Shown in pieces: positions 12,701 through 28,100 of a stretch of DNA of 64,000 bases (the stretch's first letter is position 1; the number at the start of each line of letters is the position of its first letter). The notes beneath the pieces are model-generated. The model had not been told where the DNA came from. It saw only the letters and a list, made by a program, of their open reading frames with translations, and did not search any database. The DNA is from Eledone cirrhosa (Eukaryota). The stretch covers positions 251,224,001 to 251,288,000 of the forward strand of contig OZ024740.1 of the NCBI GenBank assembly GCA_964016885.1, read 5' to 3'. Both the position numbers and the translations under genes were made by a program.

Positions 12701-14599
12701 CCTGATTTTTTTTACAAATTATCTCCCCATGATTTTTAAAAAAAAAATTATCTCCCCTTCGCTGGCTGGAAATTATCTCCCCTTGGACGCTGGAAATTAT
12801 AGCCCCTTGGAGGGCTGGAAATTATCTTCCCTTGGACGGCTGGAAATTATCTCCCCTTGATTTTTTTTACAAATTATCTCCCCCTGATTTTTTTTTACAA
12901 ATTATCTCCCCCTGATTTTTTTTTTACAAATTATCTCCGCCTGATTTTTTTAAAAAAATTATCTCCCCTTGGACGGCTGGAAATTATCTCCCCTTGGACG
13001 GCTGGAAATTATCTCCCCTTGGACGGCTAGAAATTACCTCTCCTTGGACGGCTGAAAATTATCTCCCCTTGGACGGCTGCAAATTATCTCCCCTTGATTT
13101 TTTTTACAAATTATCCCCCCATGATTTTTAAAAAAAAAATTATCTCCCCTTCGCTGGCTGGAAATTATCTCCCCTTGGACGCTGGAAATTATAGCCCCTT
13201 GGAGGGCTGGAAATTATCTTCCCTTGGACGGCTGGAAATTATCTCCCCTTGATTTTTTTTACAAATTATCTCCCCCTGATTTTTTTTTACAAATTATCTC
13301 CCACTGATTTTTTTTTACAAATTATCTCCCCCTGATTTTTTTTTTACAAATTATCTCCGCCTGATTTTTTAAAAAAAATTATCTCCCCTTGGACGGCTGG
13401 AAATTATCTCCCCTTGGACGGCTGAAAATTATCTCCCCTTGGACGGCTGCAAATTATCTCCCCTTGATTTTTTTTACAAATTATCTCCCCCTGATTTTTT
13501 TTACAAATTATCTCCCCCTGATTTTTTTTACAAATTATCTCCCCCTGATTTTTTTTTACAAATTATCTCCCCCTGATTTTTTTTTACAAATTATCTCCCC
13601 CTGATTTTTTTTACAAATTATCTCCCCCTGATTTTTTTTACAAATTATCTCCCCCTGATTTTTTTTACAATCTCCGCCTGATTTTTTAAAAAATTATCTT
13701 CCCTTGGCTGGCGGGAAATTATCTCCCCTTGGACGGCTGGAAATTATCTCCCCTTGGACGGCTAGAAATTATCTCTCTTTGGACGGCTGGAAATTATCTC
13801 CCCTTGATTTTTTTTACAAATTATCTCCCCCTGATTTTTTTTACAAATTATCCCCGCATGATTTTTAAAAAAAAAATTATCTCCCCTTCGCTGGCTGGAA
13901 ATTATCTCCCCTTGGACGCTGGAAATTATAGCCCCTTGGAGGGCTGGAAATTATCTTCCCTTGGACGGCTGGAAATTATCTCCCCTTGATTTTTTTTACA
14001 AATTATCTCCCCCTGATTTTTTTTTACAAATTATCTCCCCCTGATTTTTTTTTACAAATTATCTCCCCCTGATTTTTTTTTTTACAAATTATCTCCGCCT
14101 GATTTTTAAAAAAAAATTATCTCCCCTTGGACGGCTGGAAATTATCTCCCCTTGGACGGCTGGAAATTATCTCCCCTTGGACGGCTAGAAATTACCTCTC
14201 CTTGGACGGCTGAAAATTATCTCCCCTTGGACGGCTGCAAATTATCTCCCCTTGATTTTTTTTACAAATTATCTCCCCCTGATTTTTTTTACAAATTATC
14301 TCCCCCTGATTTTTTTTACAAATTATCTCCCCCTGATTTTTTTTTACAAATTATCTCCCCCTGATTTTTTTTTACAAATTATCTCCCCCTGATTTTTTTT
14401 ACAAATTATCTCCCCCTGATTTTTTTTACAAATTATCTCCCCCTGATTTTTTTTAATAAATTATCTCCCCTTGATTTTTTTTTACAAATTATCTCCCCCT
14501 GATTTTTTTTTTACAAATTATCTCCCCCTGATTTTTTTACAAATTATCTCCCCCTGATTTTTTTTACAAATTATCTCCCCCTGATTTTTTTTACAAATT

Positions 14600-17500
14600 A
14601 TCTCCCCTTGATTTTTTTTTACAAATTATCTCCCCCTGATTTTTTTTTTACAAATTATCTCCCCCTGATTTTTTTAAAAATTATCTTCCCTTGGCTGGCG
14701 GGAAATTATCTCCCCTTGGACGGCTGGAAATTATCTCCCCTTGGAAGGATGTAAATTATCTCCCCTTGGACGGCTGGAAATTATCTCCCCTTGCACGGCT
14801 GGAAATTATCTCCCCTTGATTTTTTTTACAAATTATCTCCCCCTGATTTTTTTTTACAAATTATCTCCCCCTGATTTTTTTTTACAAATTATCTCCCCCT
14901 GATTTTTTTTACAAATTATCTCCCCCTGATTTAAAAAAAAAAAATTATCTCCCCTTCGCTGGCTGGAAATTATCTCCCCTTGGACGCTGGAAATTATAGC
15001 CCCTTGGAGGGCTGGAAATTATCTTCCCTTGGACGGCTGGAAATTATCTTCCCTTGGACGGCTGGAAATTATCTCCCCTTGATTTTTTTTACAAATTATC
15101 TCCCCCTGATTTTTTTTTACAAATTATCTCCCCCTGATTTTTTTTTACAAATTATCTCCCCCTGATTTTTTTTTTACAAATTATCTCCGCTTGATTTTTA
15201 AAAAAAAATTATCTCCCCTTGGACGGCTGGAAATTATCTCCCCTTGGACGGCTGGAAATTATCTCCCCTTGGACGGCTAGAAATTATCTCTCCTTGGACG
15301 GCTGAAAATTATCTCCCCTTGGACGGCTGCAAATTATCTCCCCTTGATTTTTTTTACAAATTATCTCCCCCTGATTTTTTTTTACAAATTATCTCCCCCT
15401 CATTTTTTTTACAAATTATCTACCCCTGATTTTTTTTACAAATTATCTCCCCCTGATTTTTTTTTACAAATTATCTCCCCCTGATTTTTTTTTACAAATT
15501 ATCTCCCCCTGATTTTTTTTTTACAAATTATCTCCCCCTGATTTTTTTACAAATTATCTCCCCCTGATTTTTTTTACAATCTCCGCCTGATTTTTTTAAA
15601 AATTATCTTCCCTTGGCTGGCGGGAAATTATCTCCCCTTGGACGGCTGGAAATTATCTCCCCTTGGAAGGATGGAAATTATCTCCCCTTGGACGGCTGGA
15701 AATTATCTCCCCTTGCACGGCTGGAAATTATCTCCCCTTGGCTGGAAATTATCTCCCCTTGGACGGCTAGAAATTATCTCTCTTTGGATGGCTGGAAATT
15801 ATCTCCCTTTGATTTTTTTTACAAATTATCTCCCTCTGATTTTTTTTACAAATCTCCCCCTGATTTTTTTTTACAAATTATCTCTCCCTGATTTTTTTTA
15901 CAAACTATCGCCCCTGATTTTTTTACAAATTATCTCCCCTTGGCTGGCTGGAAATTATCTCCCCTTGGAGGCTGGAATTTATCTCCCCTTGGACGGCTAG
16001 AAATTACCTCTCCTTGGACGGCTGGAAAATATGTCTCCTTGGACGGCTGGAAATTATCTCCCCTTGGACGGCTGGAAATTACCTCTCCTTGGACGGCTGA
16101 AAATTATCTCCCCTTGGACGGCTGGAAATTATCTCCCCTTGATTTTTTTACAAATTATCTCCCCCTGATTTTTTTTTTACAAATTATCTCCCCCTGATTT
16201 TTTTTACAAATTATCTACGCCTGATTTTTTTAAATATTATCTCTCCTTGGCTGGCGGGAAATTATCTCCCCTTGGAAGGATGGAAATTATCTCCCCTTGA
16301 CGGCTGGAAATTATCTCCCCTTGCACTGCTGGAAATTATCTCCCCTTGGACGGCTGGAAATTATCTGCCCTTGATTTTGTTTTTACAAATTATCTTCCCC
16401 TGATTATTTTTACAAATTATCTCCACCTGATTTTTTAAAAAATTATCTCCCCTTGGACGGCTGGAAATTATCTCCCCTTGGCTGGAAATTATCTCCCCTT
16501 GGACGGCTAGAAATTATCTCTCTTTGGACGGCTGGAAATTATCTCCCCTTGATTTTTTTTACAAATTATCTCCCCCTGATTTTTTTTACAAATTATCTCC
16601 CCATGATTTTTAAAAAAAAAATTATCTCCCCTTCGCTGGCTGGAAATTATCTCCCCTTGGACGCTGGAAATTATAGCCCCTTGGAGGGCTGGAAATTATC
16701 TTCCCTTGGACGGCTGGAAATTATCTCCCCTTGATTTTTTTTACAAATTATCTCCCGCTGATTTTTTTTTACAAATTATCTCCCCCTGATTTTTTTTTTA
16801 CAAATTATCTCCGCCTGATTTTTTTAAAAAAATTATCTCCCCTTGGACGGCTGGAAATTATCTCCCCTTGGACGGCTGGAAATTATCTCCCCTTGGACGG
16901 CTAGAAATTACCTCTCCTTGGACGGCTGAAAATTATCTCCCCTTGGACGGCTGCAAATTATCTCCCCTTGATTTTTTTTACAAATTATCCCCCCATGATT
17001 TTTAAAAAAAAAATTATCTCCCCTTCGCTGGCTGGAAATTATCTCCCCTTGGACGCTGGAAATTATAGCCTCTTGGAGGGCTGGAAATTATCTTCCCTTG
17101 GACGGCTGGAAATTATCTCCCCTTGATTTTTTTTACAAATTATCTCCCCCTGATTTTTTTTTACAAATTATCTCCCACTGATTTTTTTTTACAAATTATC
17201 TCCCCCTGATTTTTTTTTACAAATTATCTCCGCCTGATTTTTTAAAAAAAATTATCTCCCCTTGGACGGCTGGAAATTATCTCCCCTTGGACGGCTGGAA
17301 ATTATCTCCCCTTGGACGGCTAGAAATTACCTCTCCTTGGACGGCTGAAAATTATCTCCCCTTGGACGGCTGCAAATTATCTCCCCTTGATTTTTTTTAC
17401 AAATTATCTCCCCCTGATTTTTTTTACAAATTATCTCCCCCTGATTTTTTTACAAATTATCTCCCCCTGATTTTTTTTTACAAATTATCTCCCCCTGATT

Positions 17501-20500
17501 TTTTTTTACAAATTATCTCCCCCTGATTTTTTTTACAAATTATCTCCCCCTGATTTTTTTTACAAATTATCTCCCCCTGATTTTTTTTACAATCTCCGCC
17601 TGATTTTTTAAAAAATTATCTTCCCTTCGCTGGCGGGAAATTATCTCCCCTTGGACGGCTGGAAATTATCTCCCCTTGGACGGCTAGAAATTATCTCTCT
17701 TTGGACGGCTGGAAATTATCTCCCCTTGATTTTTTTTACAAATTATCTCCCCCTGATTTTTTTTACAAATTATCCCCGCATGATTTTTAAAAAAAAAATT
17801 ATCTCCCCTTCGCTGGCTGGAAATTATCTCCCCTTGGACGCTGGAAATTATAGCCCCTTGGAGGGCTGGAAATTATCTTCCCTTGGACGGCTGGAAATTA
17901 TCTCCCCTTGATTTTTTTACAAATTATCTCCCCCTGATTTTTTTTTACAAATTATCTCCCCCTGATTTTTTTTTACAAATTATCTCCCCCTGATTTTTTT
18001 TTTTACAAATTATCTCCGCCTGATTTTTAAAAAAAAATTATCTCCCCTTGGACGGCTGGAAATTATCTCCCCTTGGACGGCTGGAAATTATCTCCCCTTG
18101 GACGGCTAGAAATTACCTCTCCTTGGACGGCTGAAAATTATCTCCCCTTGGACGGCTGCAAATTATCTCCCCTTGATTTTTTTTACAAATTATCTCCCCC
18201 TGATTTTTTTTACAAATTATCTCCCCCTGATTTTTTTTACAAATTATCTCCCCCTGATTTTTTTTTACAAATTATCTCCCCCTGATTTTTTTTTACAAAT
18301 TATCTCCCCCTGATTTTTTTTACAAATTATCTCCCCCTGATTTTTTTTACAAATTATCTCCCCCTGATTTTTTTTAATAAATTATCTCCCCTTGATTTTT
18401 TTTTACAAATTATCTCCCCCTGATTCTTTTTTTACAAATTATCTCCCCCTGATTTTTTTACAAATTATCTCCCCCTGATTTTTTTTACAAATTATCTCCC
18501 CCTGATTTTTTTTACAAATTATCTCCCCTTGATTTTTTTTTACAAATTATCTCCCCCTGATTTTTTTTTACAAATTATCTCCCCCTGATTTTTTTAAAAA
18601 TTATCTTCCCTTGGCTGGCGGGAAATTATCTCCCCTTGGACGGCTGGAAATTATCTCCCCTTGGAAGGATGTAAATTATCTCCCCTTGGACGGCTGGAAA
18701 TTATCTCCCCTTGCACGGCTGGAAATTATCTCCCCTTGATTTTTTTTACAAATTATCTCCCCCTGATTTTTTTTTACAAATTATCTCCCCCTGATTTTTT
18801 TTTACAAATTATCTCCCCCTGATTTTTTTTACAAATTATCTCCCCCTGATTTAAAAAAAAAAAATTATCTCCCCTTCGCTGGCTGGAAATTATCTCCCCT
18901 TGGACGCTGGAAATTATAGCCCCTTGGAGGGCTGGAAATTATCTTCCCTTGGACGGCTGGAAATTATCTTCCCTTGGACGGCTGGAAATTATCTCCCCTT
19001 GATTTTTTTTACAAATTATCTCCCCCTGATTTTTTTTTACAAATTATCTCCCCCTGATTTTTTTTTACAAATTATCTCCCCCTGATTTTTTTTTTACAAA
19101 TTATCTCCGCTTGATTTTTAAAAAAAAATTATCTCCCCTTGGACGGCTGGAAATTATCTCCCCTTGGACGGCTGGAAATTATCTCCCCTTGGACGGCTAG
19201 AAATTATCTCTCCTTGGACGGCTGAAAATTATCTCCCCTTGGACGGCTGCAAATTATCTCCCCTTGATTTTTTTTACAAATTATCTCCCCCTGATTTTTT
19301 TTTACAAATTATCTCCCCCTCATTTTTTTTACAAATTATCTACCCCTGATTTTTTTTACAAATTATCTCCCCCTGATTTTTTTTTACAAATTATCTCCCC
19401 CTGATTTTTTTTTACAAATTATCTCCCCCTGATTTTTTTACAAATTATCTCCCCCTGATTTTTTTTACAATCTCCGCCTGATTTTTTTAAAAATTATCTT
19501 CCCTTGGCTGGCGGGAAATTATCTCCCCTTGGACGGCTGGAAATTATCTCCCCTTGGAAGGATGGAAATTATCTCCCCTTGGACGGCTGGAAATTATCTC
19601 CCCTTGCACGGCTGGAAATTATCTCCCCTTGGCTGGAAATTATCTCCCCTTGGACGGCTAGAAATTAACTCTCTTTGGATGGCTGGAAATTATCTCCCTT
19701 TGATTTTTTTTTACAAATTATCTCCCCCTGATTTTTTTTACAAACTATCGCCCCTGATTTTTTTACAAATTATCTCCCCTTGGCTGGCTGGAAATTATCT
19801 CCCCTTGGAGGCTGGAATTTATCTCCCCTTGGACGGCTAGAAATTACCTCTCCTTGGACGGCTGGAAAATATGTCTCCTTGGACGGCTGGAAATTATCTC
19901 CCCTTGGACGGCTGGAAATTACCTCTCCTTGGACGGCTGAAAATTATCTCCCCTTGGACGGCTGGAAATTATCTCCCCTTGATTTTTTTACAAATTATCT
20001 CCCCCTGATTTTTTTTTACAAATTATCTCCCCCTGATTTTTTTTATAAATTATCTACGCCTGATTTTTTTAAATATTATCTCTCCTTGGCTGGCGGGAAA
20101 TTATCTCCCCTTGGAAGGATGGAAATTATCTCCCCTTGACGGATGGAAATTATCTCCCCTTGCACTGCTGGAAATTATCTCCCCTTGGACGGCTGGAAAT
20201 TATCTGCCCTTGATTTTGTTTTTACAAATTATCTTCCCCTGATTATTTTTACAAATTATCTCCACCTGATTTTTTAAAAAATTATCTCCCCTTGGACGGC
20301 TGGAAATTATCTCCCCTTGGCTGGAAATTATCTCCCCTTGGACGGCTAGAAATTATCTCTCTTTGGACGGCTGGAAATTATCTCCCCTTGATTTTTTTTA
20401 CAACTTATCTCCGCCTGATTTTTTTTAAAAAATCATCTCCCCTTGGACGGCTGGAAATTATCTCCCCTTGGACGGCTGGAAATTATCTCTCCTTGGACGG

Positions 20501-23500
20501 CTAGAAATTACCTCTCCTTGGATAATTGAAAATTATCTCCCCTTGGACGGCTGGAAATTATCTCCCCTTGATTTTTTTTACAAATTATCTCCCACTGATT
20601 TTTTTTACAAATTATCTCCCCTGATTTTTTTTTACAAATTATCTCCCCCTGATTTTTTTTTACAAATTATCTCCCCCTGATTTTTTTTACAAATTATCTC
20701 CCCCTGATTTTTTTACAAATTATCTCCCCTTGGCTGGCTGGAAATTATCTCCCCTTGGAGGCAGGAATTTATCTCCCCTTGGACGGCTAGAAATTACCTC
20801 TCCTTGGACGGCTGGAAAATATGTCTCCTTGGACGGCTGGAAATTATCTCCCCTTGGACGGCTGGAAATTATCTCCCCTTGGACGGCTGGAAATTATCTC
20901 CCCTTGGACGGCTAGAAATTACCTCTCCTTGGACGGCTGAAAATTATCTCCCCTTGGACGGCTGGAAATTATCTCCCCCTGATTTTTTTTACAAATTATC
21001 TCCCCCTGATTTTTTTTACAAATTATCTCCGCCTGATTTTTTTAAATATTATCTCTCCTTGGCTGGCGGGAAATTATCTCCCCTTGGACGGCTGCAAATT
21101 ATCTCCGCTTGATTTTTTTTACAAATTATCTTCCCCTGATTTTTTTTTACAAATTATCTCCCCCTGATTTTTTTTACAAATTATCTCCCCTGATTTTTTT
21201 TTACAAATTATCTCCCCCTGATTTTTTTTTACAAATTATCTCCCCCTGATTTTTTTTTACAAATTATCTCCCCCTGATTTTTTTACAAATTATCTCCCCC
21301 TGATTTTTTTTACAATCTCCGCCTGATTTTTTTAAAAATTATCTTCCCTTGGCTGGCGGGAAATTATCTCCCCTTGGACGGCTGGAAATTATCTCCCCTT
21401 GGAAGGATGGAAATTATCTCCCCTTGGACGGCTGGAAATTATCTCCCCTTGCACGGCTGGAAATTATCTCCCCTTGGCTGGAAATTATCTCCCCTTGGAC
21501 GGCTAGAAATTATCTCTCTTTGGATGGCTGGAAATTATCTCCCTTTGATTTTTTTTACAAATTATCTCCCTCTGATTTTTTTTACAAATCTCCCCCTGAT
21601 TTTTTTTTACAAATTATCTCCCCCTGATTTTTTTTACAAACTATCGCCCCTGATTTTTTTACAAATTATCTCCCCTTGGCTGGCTGGAAATTATCTCCCC
21701 TTGGAGGCTGGAATTTATCTCCCCTTGGACGGCTGGAAATTACCTCTCCTTGGACGGCTGAAAATTATCTCCCCTTGGACGGCTGGAAATTATCTCCCCT
21801 TGATTTTTTTACAAATTATCTCCCCCTGATTTTTTTTTTACAAATTATCTCCCCCTGATTTTTTTTACAAATTATCTACGCCTGATTTTTTTAAATATTA
21901 TCTCTCCTTGGCTGGCGGGAAATTATCTCCCCTTGGAAGGATGGAAATTATCTCCCCTTGGACGGCTGGAAATTATCTCCCCTTGCACTGCTGGAAATTA
22001 TCTCCCCTTGGACGGCTGGAAATTATCTGCCCTTGATTTTGTTTTTACAAATTATCTTCCCCTGATTATTTTTACAAATTATCTCCACCTGATTTTTTAA
22101 AAAATTATCTCCCCTTGGACGGCTGGAAATTATCTCCCCTTGGCTGGAAATTATCTCCCCTTGGACGGCTAGAAATTATCTCTCTTTGGACGGCTGGAAA
22201 TTATCTCCCCTTGATTTTTTTTACAAATTATCTCCCCCTGATTTTTTTTACAAATTATCTCCCCATGATTTTTAAAAAAAAAATTATCTCCCCTTCGCTG
22301 GCTGGAAATTATCTCCCCTTGGACGCTGGAAATTATAGCCCCTTGGAGGGCTGGAAATTATCTTCCCTTGGACGGCTGGAAATTATCTCCCCTTGATTTT
22401 TTTTACAAATTATCTCCCCCTGATTTTTTTTTACAAATTATCTCCCCCTGATTTTTTTTTTACAAATTATCTCCGCCTGATTTTTTTAAAAAAATTATCT
22501 CCCCTTGGACGGCTGGAAATTATCTCCCCTTGGACGGCTGGAAATTATCTCCCCTTGGACGGCTAGAAATCACCTCTCCTTGGACGGCTGAAAATTATCT
22601 CCCCTTGGACGGCTGCAAATTATCTCCCCTTGATTTTTTTTACAAATTATCCCCCCATGATTTAAAAAAAAAAAATTATCTCCCCTTCGCTGGCTGGAAA
22701 TTATCTCCCCTTGGACGCTGGAAATTATAGCCCCTTGGAGGGCTGGAAATTATCTTCCCTTGGACGGCTGGAAATTATCTCCCCTTGATTTTTTTTACAA
22801 ATTATCTCCCCCTGATTTTTTTTTACAAATTATCAACCACTGATTTTTTTTTACAAATTATCTCCCCCTGATTTTTTTTTTACAAATTATCTCCGCCTGA
22901 TTTTTTAAAAAAAATTATCTCCCCTTGGACGGCTGGAAATTATCTCCCCTTGGACGGCTGGAAATTATCTCCCCTTGGACGGCTAGAAATTACCTCTCCT
23001 TGGACGGCTGAAAATTATCTCCCCTTGGACGGCTGCAAATTATCTCCCCTTGATTTTTTTTACAAATTATCTCCCCCTGATTTTTTTTACAAATTATCTC
23101 CCCCTGATTTTTTTTACAAATTATCTCCCCCTGATTTTTTTTTACAAATTATCTCCCCCTGATTTTTTTTTACAAATTATCTCCCCCTGATTTTTTTTAC
23201 AAATTATCTCCCCCTGATTTTTTTTACAAATTATCTCCCCCTGATTTTTTTTACAATCTCCGCCTGATTTTTTAAAAAATTATCTTCCCTTGGCTGGCGG
23301 GAAATTATCTCCCCTTGGACGGCTGGAAATTATCTCCCCTTGGACGGCTAGAAATTATCTCTCTTTGGACGGCTGGAAATTATCTCCCCTTGATTTTTTT
23401 TACAAATTATCTCCCCCTGATTTTTTTTACAAATTATCCCCGCATGATTTTAAAAAAAAAAATTATCTCCCCTTCGCTGGCTGGAAATTATCTCCCCTTG

Positions 23501-25100
23501 GACGCTGGAAATTATAGCCCCTTGGAGGGCTGGAAATTATCTTCCCTTGGACGGCTGGAAATTATCTCCCCTTGATTTTTTTTACAAATTATCTCCCCCT
23601 GATTTTTTTTTACAAATTATCTCCCCCTGATTTTTTTTTACAAATTATCTCCCCCTGATTTTTTTTTTTACAAATTATCTCCGCCTGATTTTTAAAAAAA
23701 AATTATCTCCCCTTGGACGGCTGGAAATTATCTCCCCTTGGACGGCTGGAAATTATCTCCCCTTGGACGGCTGGAAATTATTTCCCCTTGGACGGCTAGA
23801 AATTACCTCTCCTTGGACGGCTGAAAATTATCTCCCCTTGGACGGCTGCAAATTATCTCCCCTTGATTTTTTTTACAAATTATCTCCCCCTGATTTTTTT
23901 TACAAATTATCTCCCCCTGATTTTTTTTACAAATTATCTCCCCCTGATTTTTTTTTACAAATTATCTTCCCCTGATTTTTTTTTACAAATTATCTCCCCC
24001 TGATTTTTTTTACAAATTATCTCCCCCTGATTTTTTTTACAAATTATCTCCCCCTGATTTTTTTTAATAAATTATCTCCCCTTGATTTTTTTTTACAAAT
24101 TATCTCCCCCTGATTTTTTTTTTACAAATTATCTCCCCCTGATTTTTTTACAAATTATCTCCCCCTGATTTTTTTTACAAATTATCTCCCCCTGATTTTT
24201 TTTACAAATTATCTCCCCTTGATTTTTTTTTACAAATTATCTCCCCCTGATTTTTTTTTTACAAATTATCTCCCCCTGATTTTTTTAAAAATTATCTTCC
24301 CTTGGCTTGCGGGAAATTATCTCCCCTTGGACGGCTGGAAATTATCTCCCCTTGGAAGGATGTAAATTATCTCCCCTTGGACGGCTGGAAATTATCTCCC
24401 CTTGCACGGCTGGAAATTATCTCCCCTTGATTTTTTTTACAAATTATCTCCCCCTGATTTTTTTTTACAAATTATCTCCCCCTGATTTTTTTTTACAAAT
24501 TATCTCCCCCTGATTTTTTTTACAAATTATCTCCCCCTGATTTAAAAAAAAAAAATTATCTCCCCTTCGCTGGCTGGAAATTATCTCCCCTTGGACGCTG
24601 GAAATTATAGCCCCTTGGAGGGCTGGAAATTATCTTCCCTTGGACGGCTGGAAATTATCTTCCCTTGGACGGCTGGAAATTATCTCCCCTTGATTTTTTT
24701 TACAAATTATCTCCCCCTGATTTTTTTTTACAAATTATCTCCCCCTGATTTTTTTTTACAAATTATCTCCCCCTGATTTTTTTTTTACAAATTATCTCCG
24801 CTTGATTTTTTAAAAAAAATTATCTCCCCTTGGACGGCTGGAAATTATCTCCCCTTGGACGGCTGGAAATTATCTCCCCTTGGACGGCTAGAAATTATCT
24901 CTCCTTGGACGGCTGAAAATTATCTCCCCTTGGACGGCTGCAAATTATCTCCCCTTGATTTTTTTTACAAATTATCTCCCCCTGATTTTTTTTTACAAAT
25001 TATCTCCCCCTCATTTTTTTTACAAATTATCTACCCCTGATTTTTTTTACAAATTATCTCCCCCTGATTTTTTTTTACAAATTATCTCCCCCTGATTTTT
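14600..25100 (+). repeat. About 10.5-kb segment duplicated at ~41.5-52.05 kb (offset 26,926-26,955); its first ~7 kb is also copied at ~34.5-41.5 kb (offset 19,572-19,652)
   Basis: ORF-track offsets 14980/34552/41906, 19164/38736/46090 and 24855/51810. Shared rare markers are TAGCCTCTTGG (~17066, ~36638, ~43992) and TGATTCTTTT (~18421, ~37993, ~45347). Confidence 0.88.
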
Positions 25101-28100
25101 TTTTACAAATTATCTCCCCCTGATTTTTTTTTTACAAATTATCTCCCCCTGATTTTTTTACAAATTATCTCCCCCTGATTTTTTTTACAATCTCCGCCTG
25201 ATTTTTTTAAAAATTATCTTCCCTTGGCTGGCGGGAAATTATCTCCCCTTGGACGGCTGGAAATTATCTCCCCTTGGAAGGATGGAAATTATCTCCCCTT
25301 GGACGGCTGGAAATTATCTCCCCTTGCACGGCTGGAAATTATCTCCCCTTGGCTGCAAATTATCTCCCCTTGGACGGCTAGAAATTATCTCTCTTTGGAT
25401 GGCTGGAAATTATCTCCCTTTGATTTTTTTTACAAATTATCTCCCTCTGATTTTTTTTACAAATCTCCCCCTGATTTTTTTTTACAAATTATCTCCCCCT
25501 GATTTTTTTTACAAACTATCGCCCCTGATTTTTTTACAAATTATCTCCCCTTGGCTGGCTGGAAATTATCTCCCCTTGGAGGCTGGAATTTATCTCCCCT
25601 TGGACGGCTAGAAATTACCTCTCCTTGGACGGCTGGAAAATATGTCTCCTTGGACGGCTGGAAATTATCTCCCCTTGGACGGCTGGAAATTACCTCTCCT
25701 TGGACGGCTGAAAATTATCTCCCCTTGGACGGCTGGAAATTATCTCCCCTTGATTTTTTTACAAATTATCTCCCCCTGATTTTTTTTACAATCTCCGCCT
25801 GATTTTTTAAAAAATTATCTTCCCTTGGCTGGCGGGAAATTATCTCCCCTTGGACGGCTGGAAATTATCTCCCCTTGGACGGCTAGAAATTATCTCTCTT
25901 TGGACGGCTGGAAATTATCTCCCCTTGATTTTTTTTACAAATTATCTCCCCCTGATTTTTTTTACAAATTATCCCCGCATGATTTTTAAAAAAAAAATTA
26001 TCTCCCCTTCGCTGGCTGGAAATTATCTCCCCTTGGACGCTGGAAATTATAGCCCCTTGGAGGGCTGGAAATTATCTTCCCTTGGACGGCTGGAAATTAT
26101 CTCCCCTTGATTTTTTTTACAAATTATCTCCCCCTGATTTTTTTTTACAAATTATCTCCCCCTGATTTTTTTTTACAAATTATCTCCCCCTGATTTTTTT
26201 TTTTACAAATTATCTCCGCCTGATTTTTAAAAAAAAATTATCTCCCCTTGGACGGCTGGAAATTATCTCCCCTTGGACGGCTGGAAATTATCTCCCCTTG
26301 GACGGCTAGAAATTACCTCTCCTTGGACGGCTGAAAATTATCTCCCATTGGACGGCTGCAAATTATCTCCCCTTGATTTTTTTTACAAATTATCTCCCGC
26401 TGATTTTTTTTACAAATTATCTCCCCCTGATTTTTTTTACAAATTATCTCCCCCTGATTTTTTTTTACAAATTATCTCCCCCTGATTTTTTTTTACAAAT
26501 TATCTCCCCCTGATTTTTTTTACAAATTATCTCCCCCTGATTTTTTTTACAAATTATCTCCCCCTGATTTTTTTTTACAAATTATCTCCCCTTGATTTTT
26601 TTTTACAAATTATCTCCCCCTGATTTTTTTTTTACAAATTATCTCCCCCTGATTTTTTTACAAATTATCTCCCCCTGATTTTTTTTACAAATTATCTCCC
26701 CCTGATTTTTTTTACAAATTATCTCCCCTTGATTTTTTTTTACAAATTATCTCCCCCTGATTTTTTTTTTACAAATTATCTCCCCCTGATTTTTTTAAAA
26801 ATTATCTTCCCTTGGCTGGCGGGAAATTATCTCCCCTTGGACGGCTGGAAATTATCTCCCCTTGGAAGGATGTAAATTATCTCCCCTTGGACGGCTGGAA
26901 ATTATCTCCCCTTGCACGGCTGGAAATTATCTCCCCTTGATTTTTTTTACAAATTATCTCCCCCTGATTTTTTTTTACAAATTATCTCCCCCTGATTTTT
27001 TTTTACAAATTATCTCCCCCTGATTTTTTTTACAAATTATCTCCCCCTGATTTAAAAAAAAAAAATTATCTCCTCTTCGCTGGCTGGAAATTATCTCCCC
27101 TTGGACGCTGGAAATTATAGCCCCTTGGAGGGCTGGAAATTATCTTCCCTTGGACGGCTGGAAATTATCTTCCCTTGGACGGCTGGAAATTATCTCCCCT
27201 TGATTTTTTTTACAAATTATCTCCCCCTGATTTTTTTTTACAAATTATCTCCCCCTGATTTTTTTTTACAAATTATCTCCCCCTGATTTTTTTTTTACAA
27301 ATTATCTCCGCTTGATTTTTAAAAAAAAATTATCTCCCCTTGGACGGCTGGAAATTATCTCCCCTTGGACGGCTGGAAATTATCTCCCCTTGGACGGCTA
27401 GAAATTATCTCTCCTTGGACGGCTGAAAATTATCTCCCCTTGGACGGCTGCAAATTATCTCCCCTTGATTTTTTTTTACAAATTATCTCCCCCTGATTTT
27501 TTTTTTACAAATTATCTCCCCCTGATTTTTTTACAAATTATCTCCCCCTGATTTTTTTTACAAATTATCTCCCCCTGATTTTTTTTACAAATTATCTCCC
27601 CTTGATTTTTTTTTACAAATTATCTCCCCCTGATTTTTTTTTTACAAATTATCTCCCCCTGATTTTTTTAAAAATTATCTTCCCTTGGCTGGCGGGAAAT
27701 TATCTCCCCTTGGACGGCTGGAAATTATCTCCCCTTGGAAGGATGTAAATTATCTCCCCTTGGACGGCTGGAAATTATCTCCCCTTGCACGGCTGGAAAT
27801 TATCTCCCCTTGATTTTTTTTACAAATTATCTCCCCCTGATTTTTTTTTACAAATTATCTCCCCCTGATTTTTTTTTACAAATTATCTCCCCCTGATTTT
27901 TTTTACAAATTATCTCCCCCTGATTTAAAAAAAAAAAATTATCTCCCCTTCGCTGGCTGGAAATTATCTCCCCTTGGACGCTGGAAATTATAGCCCCTTG
28001 GAGGGCTGGAAATTATCTTCCCTTGGACGGCTGGAAATTATCTTCCCTTGGACGGCTGGAAATTATCTCCCCTTGATTTTTTTTACAAATTATCTCCCCC

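Larger units (their letters stand above)
1..15530 (+). repeat. About 5.5-kb higher-order repeat, roughly 2.8 tandem copies
   Basis: Identical ORF-track entries are offset by 5504-5505 bp (829/6334/11838; 4767/10271; 5716/11220). The offset drops to 5454 after a 50-bp deletion near 13.4 kb (8275/13729). Shared rare variants are GGCTGTCGGG (~3735, ~9240) and TACTAATC (~6544, ~12048). Confidence 0.92.
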
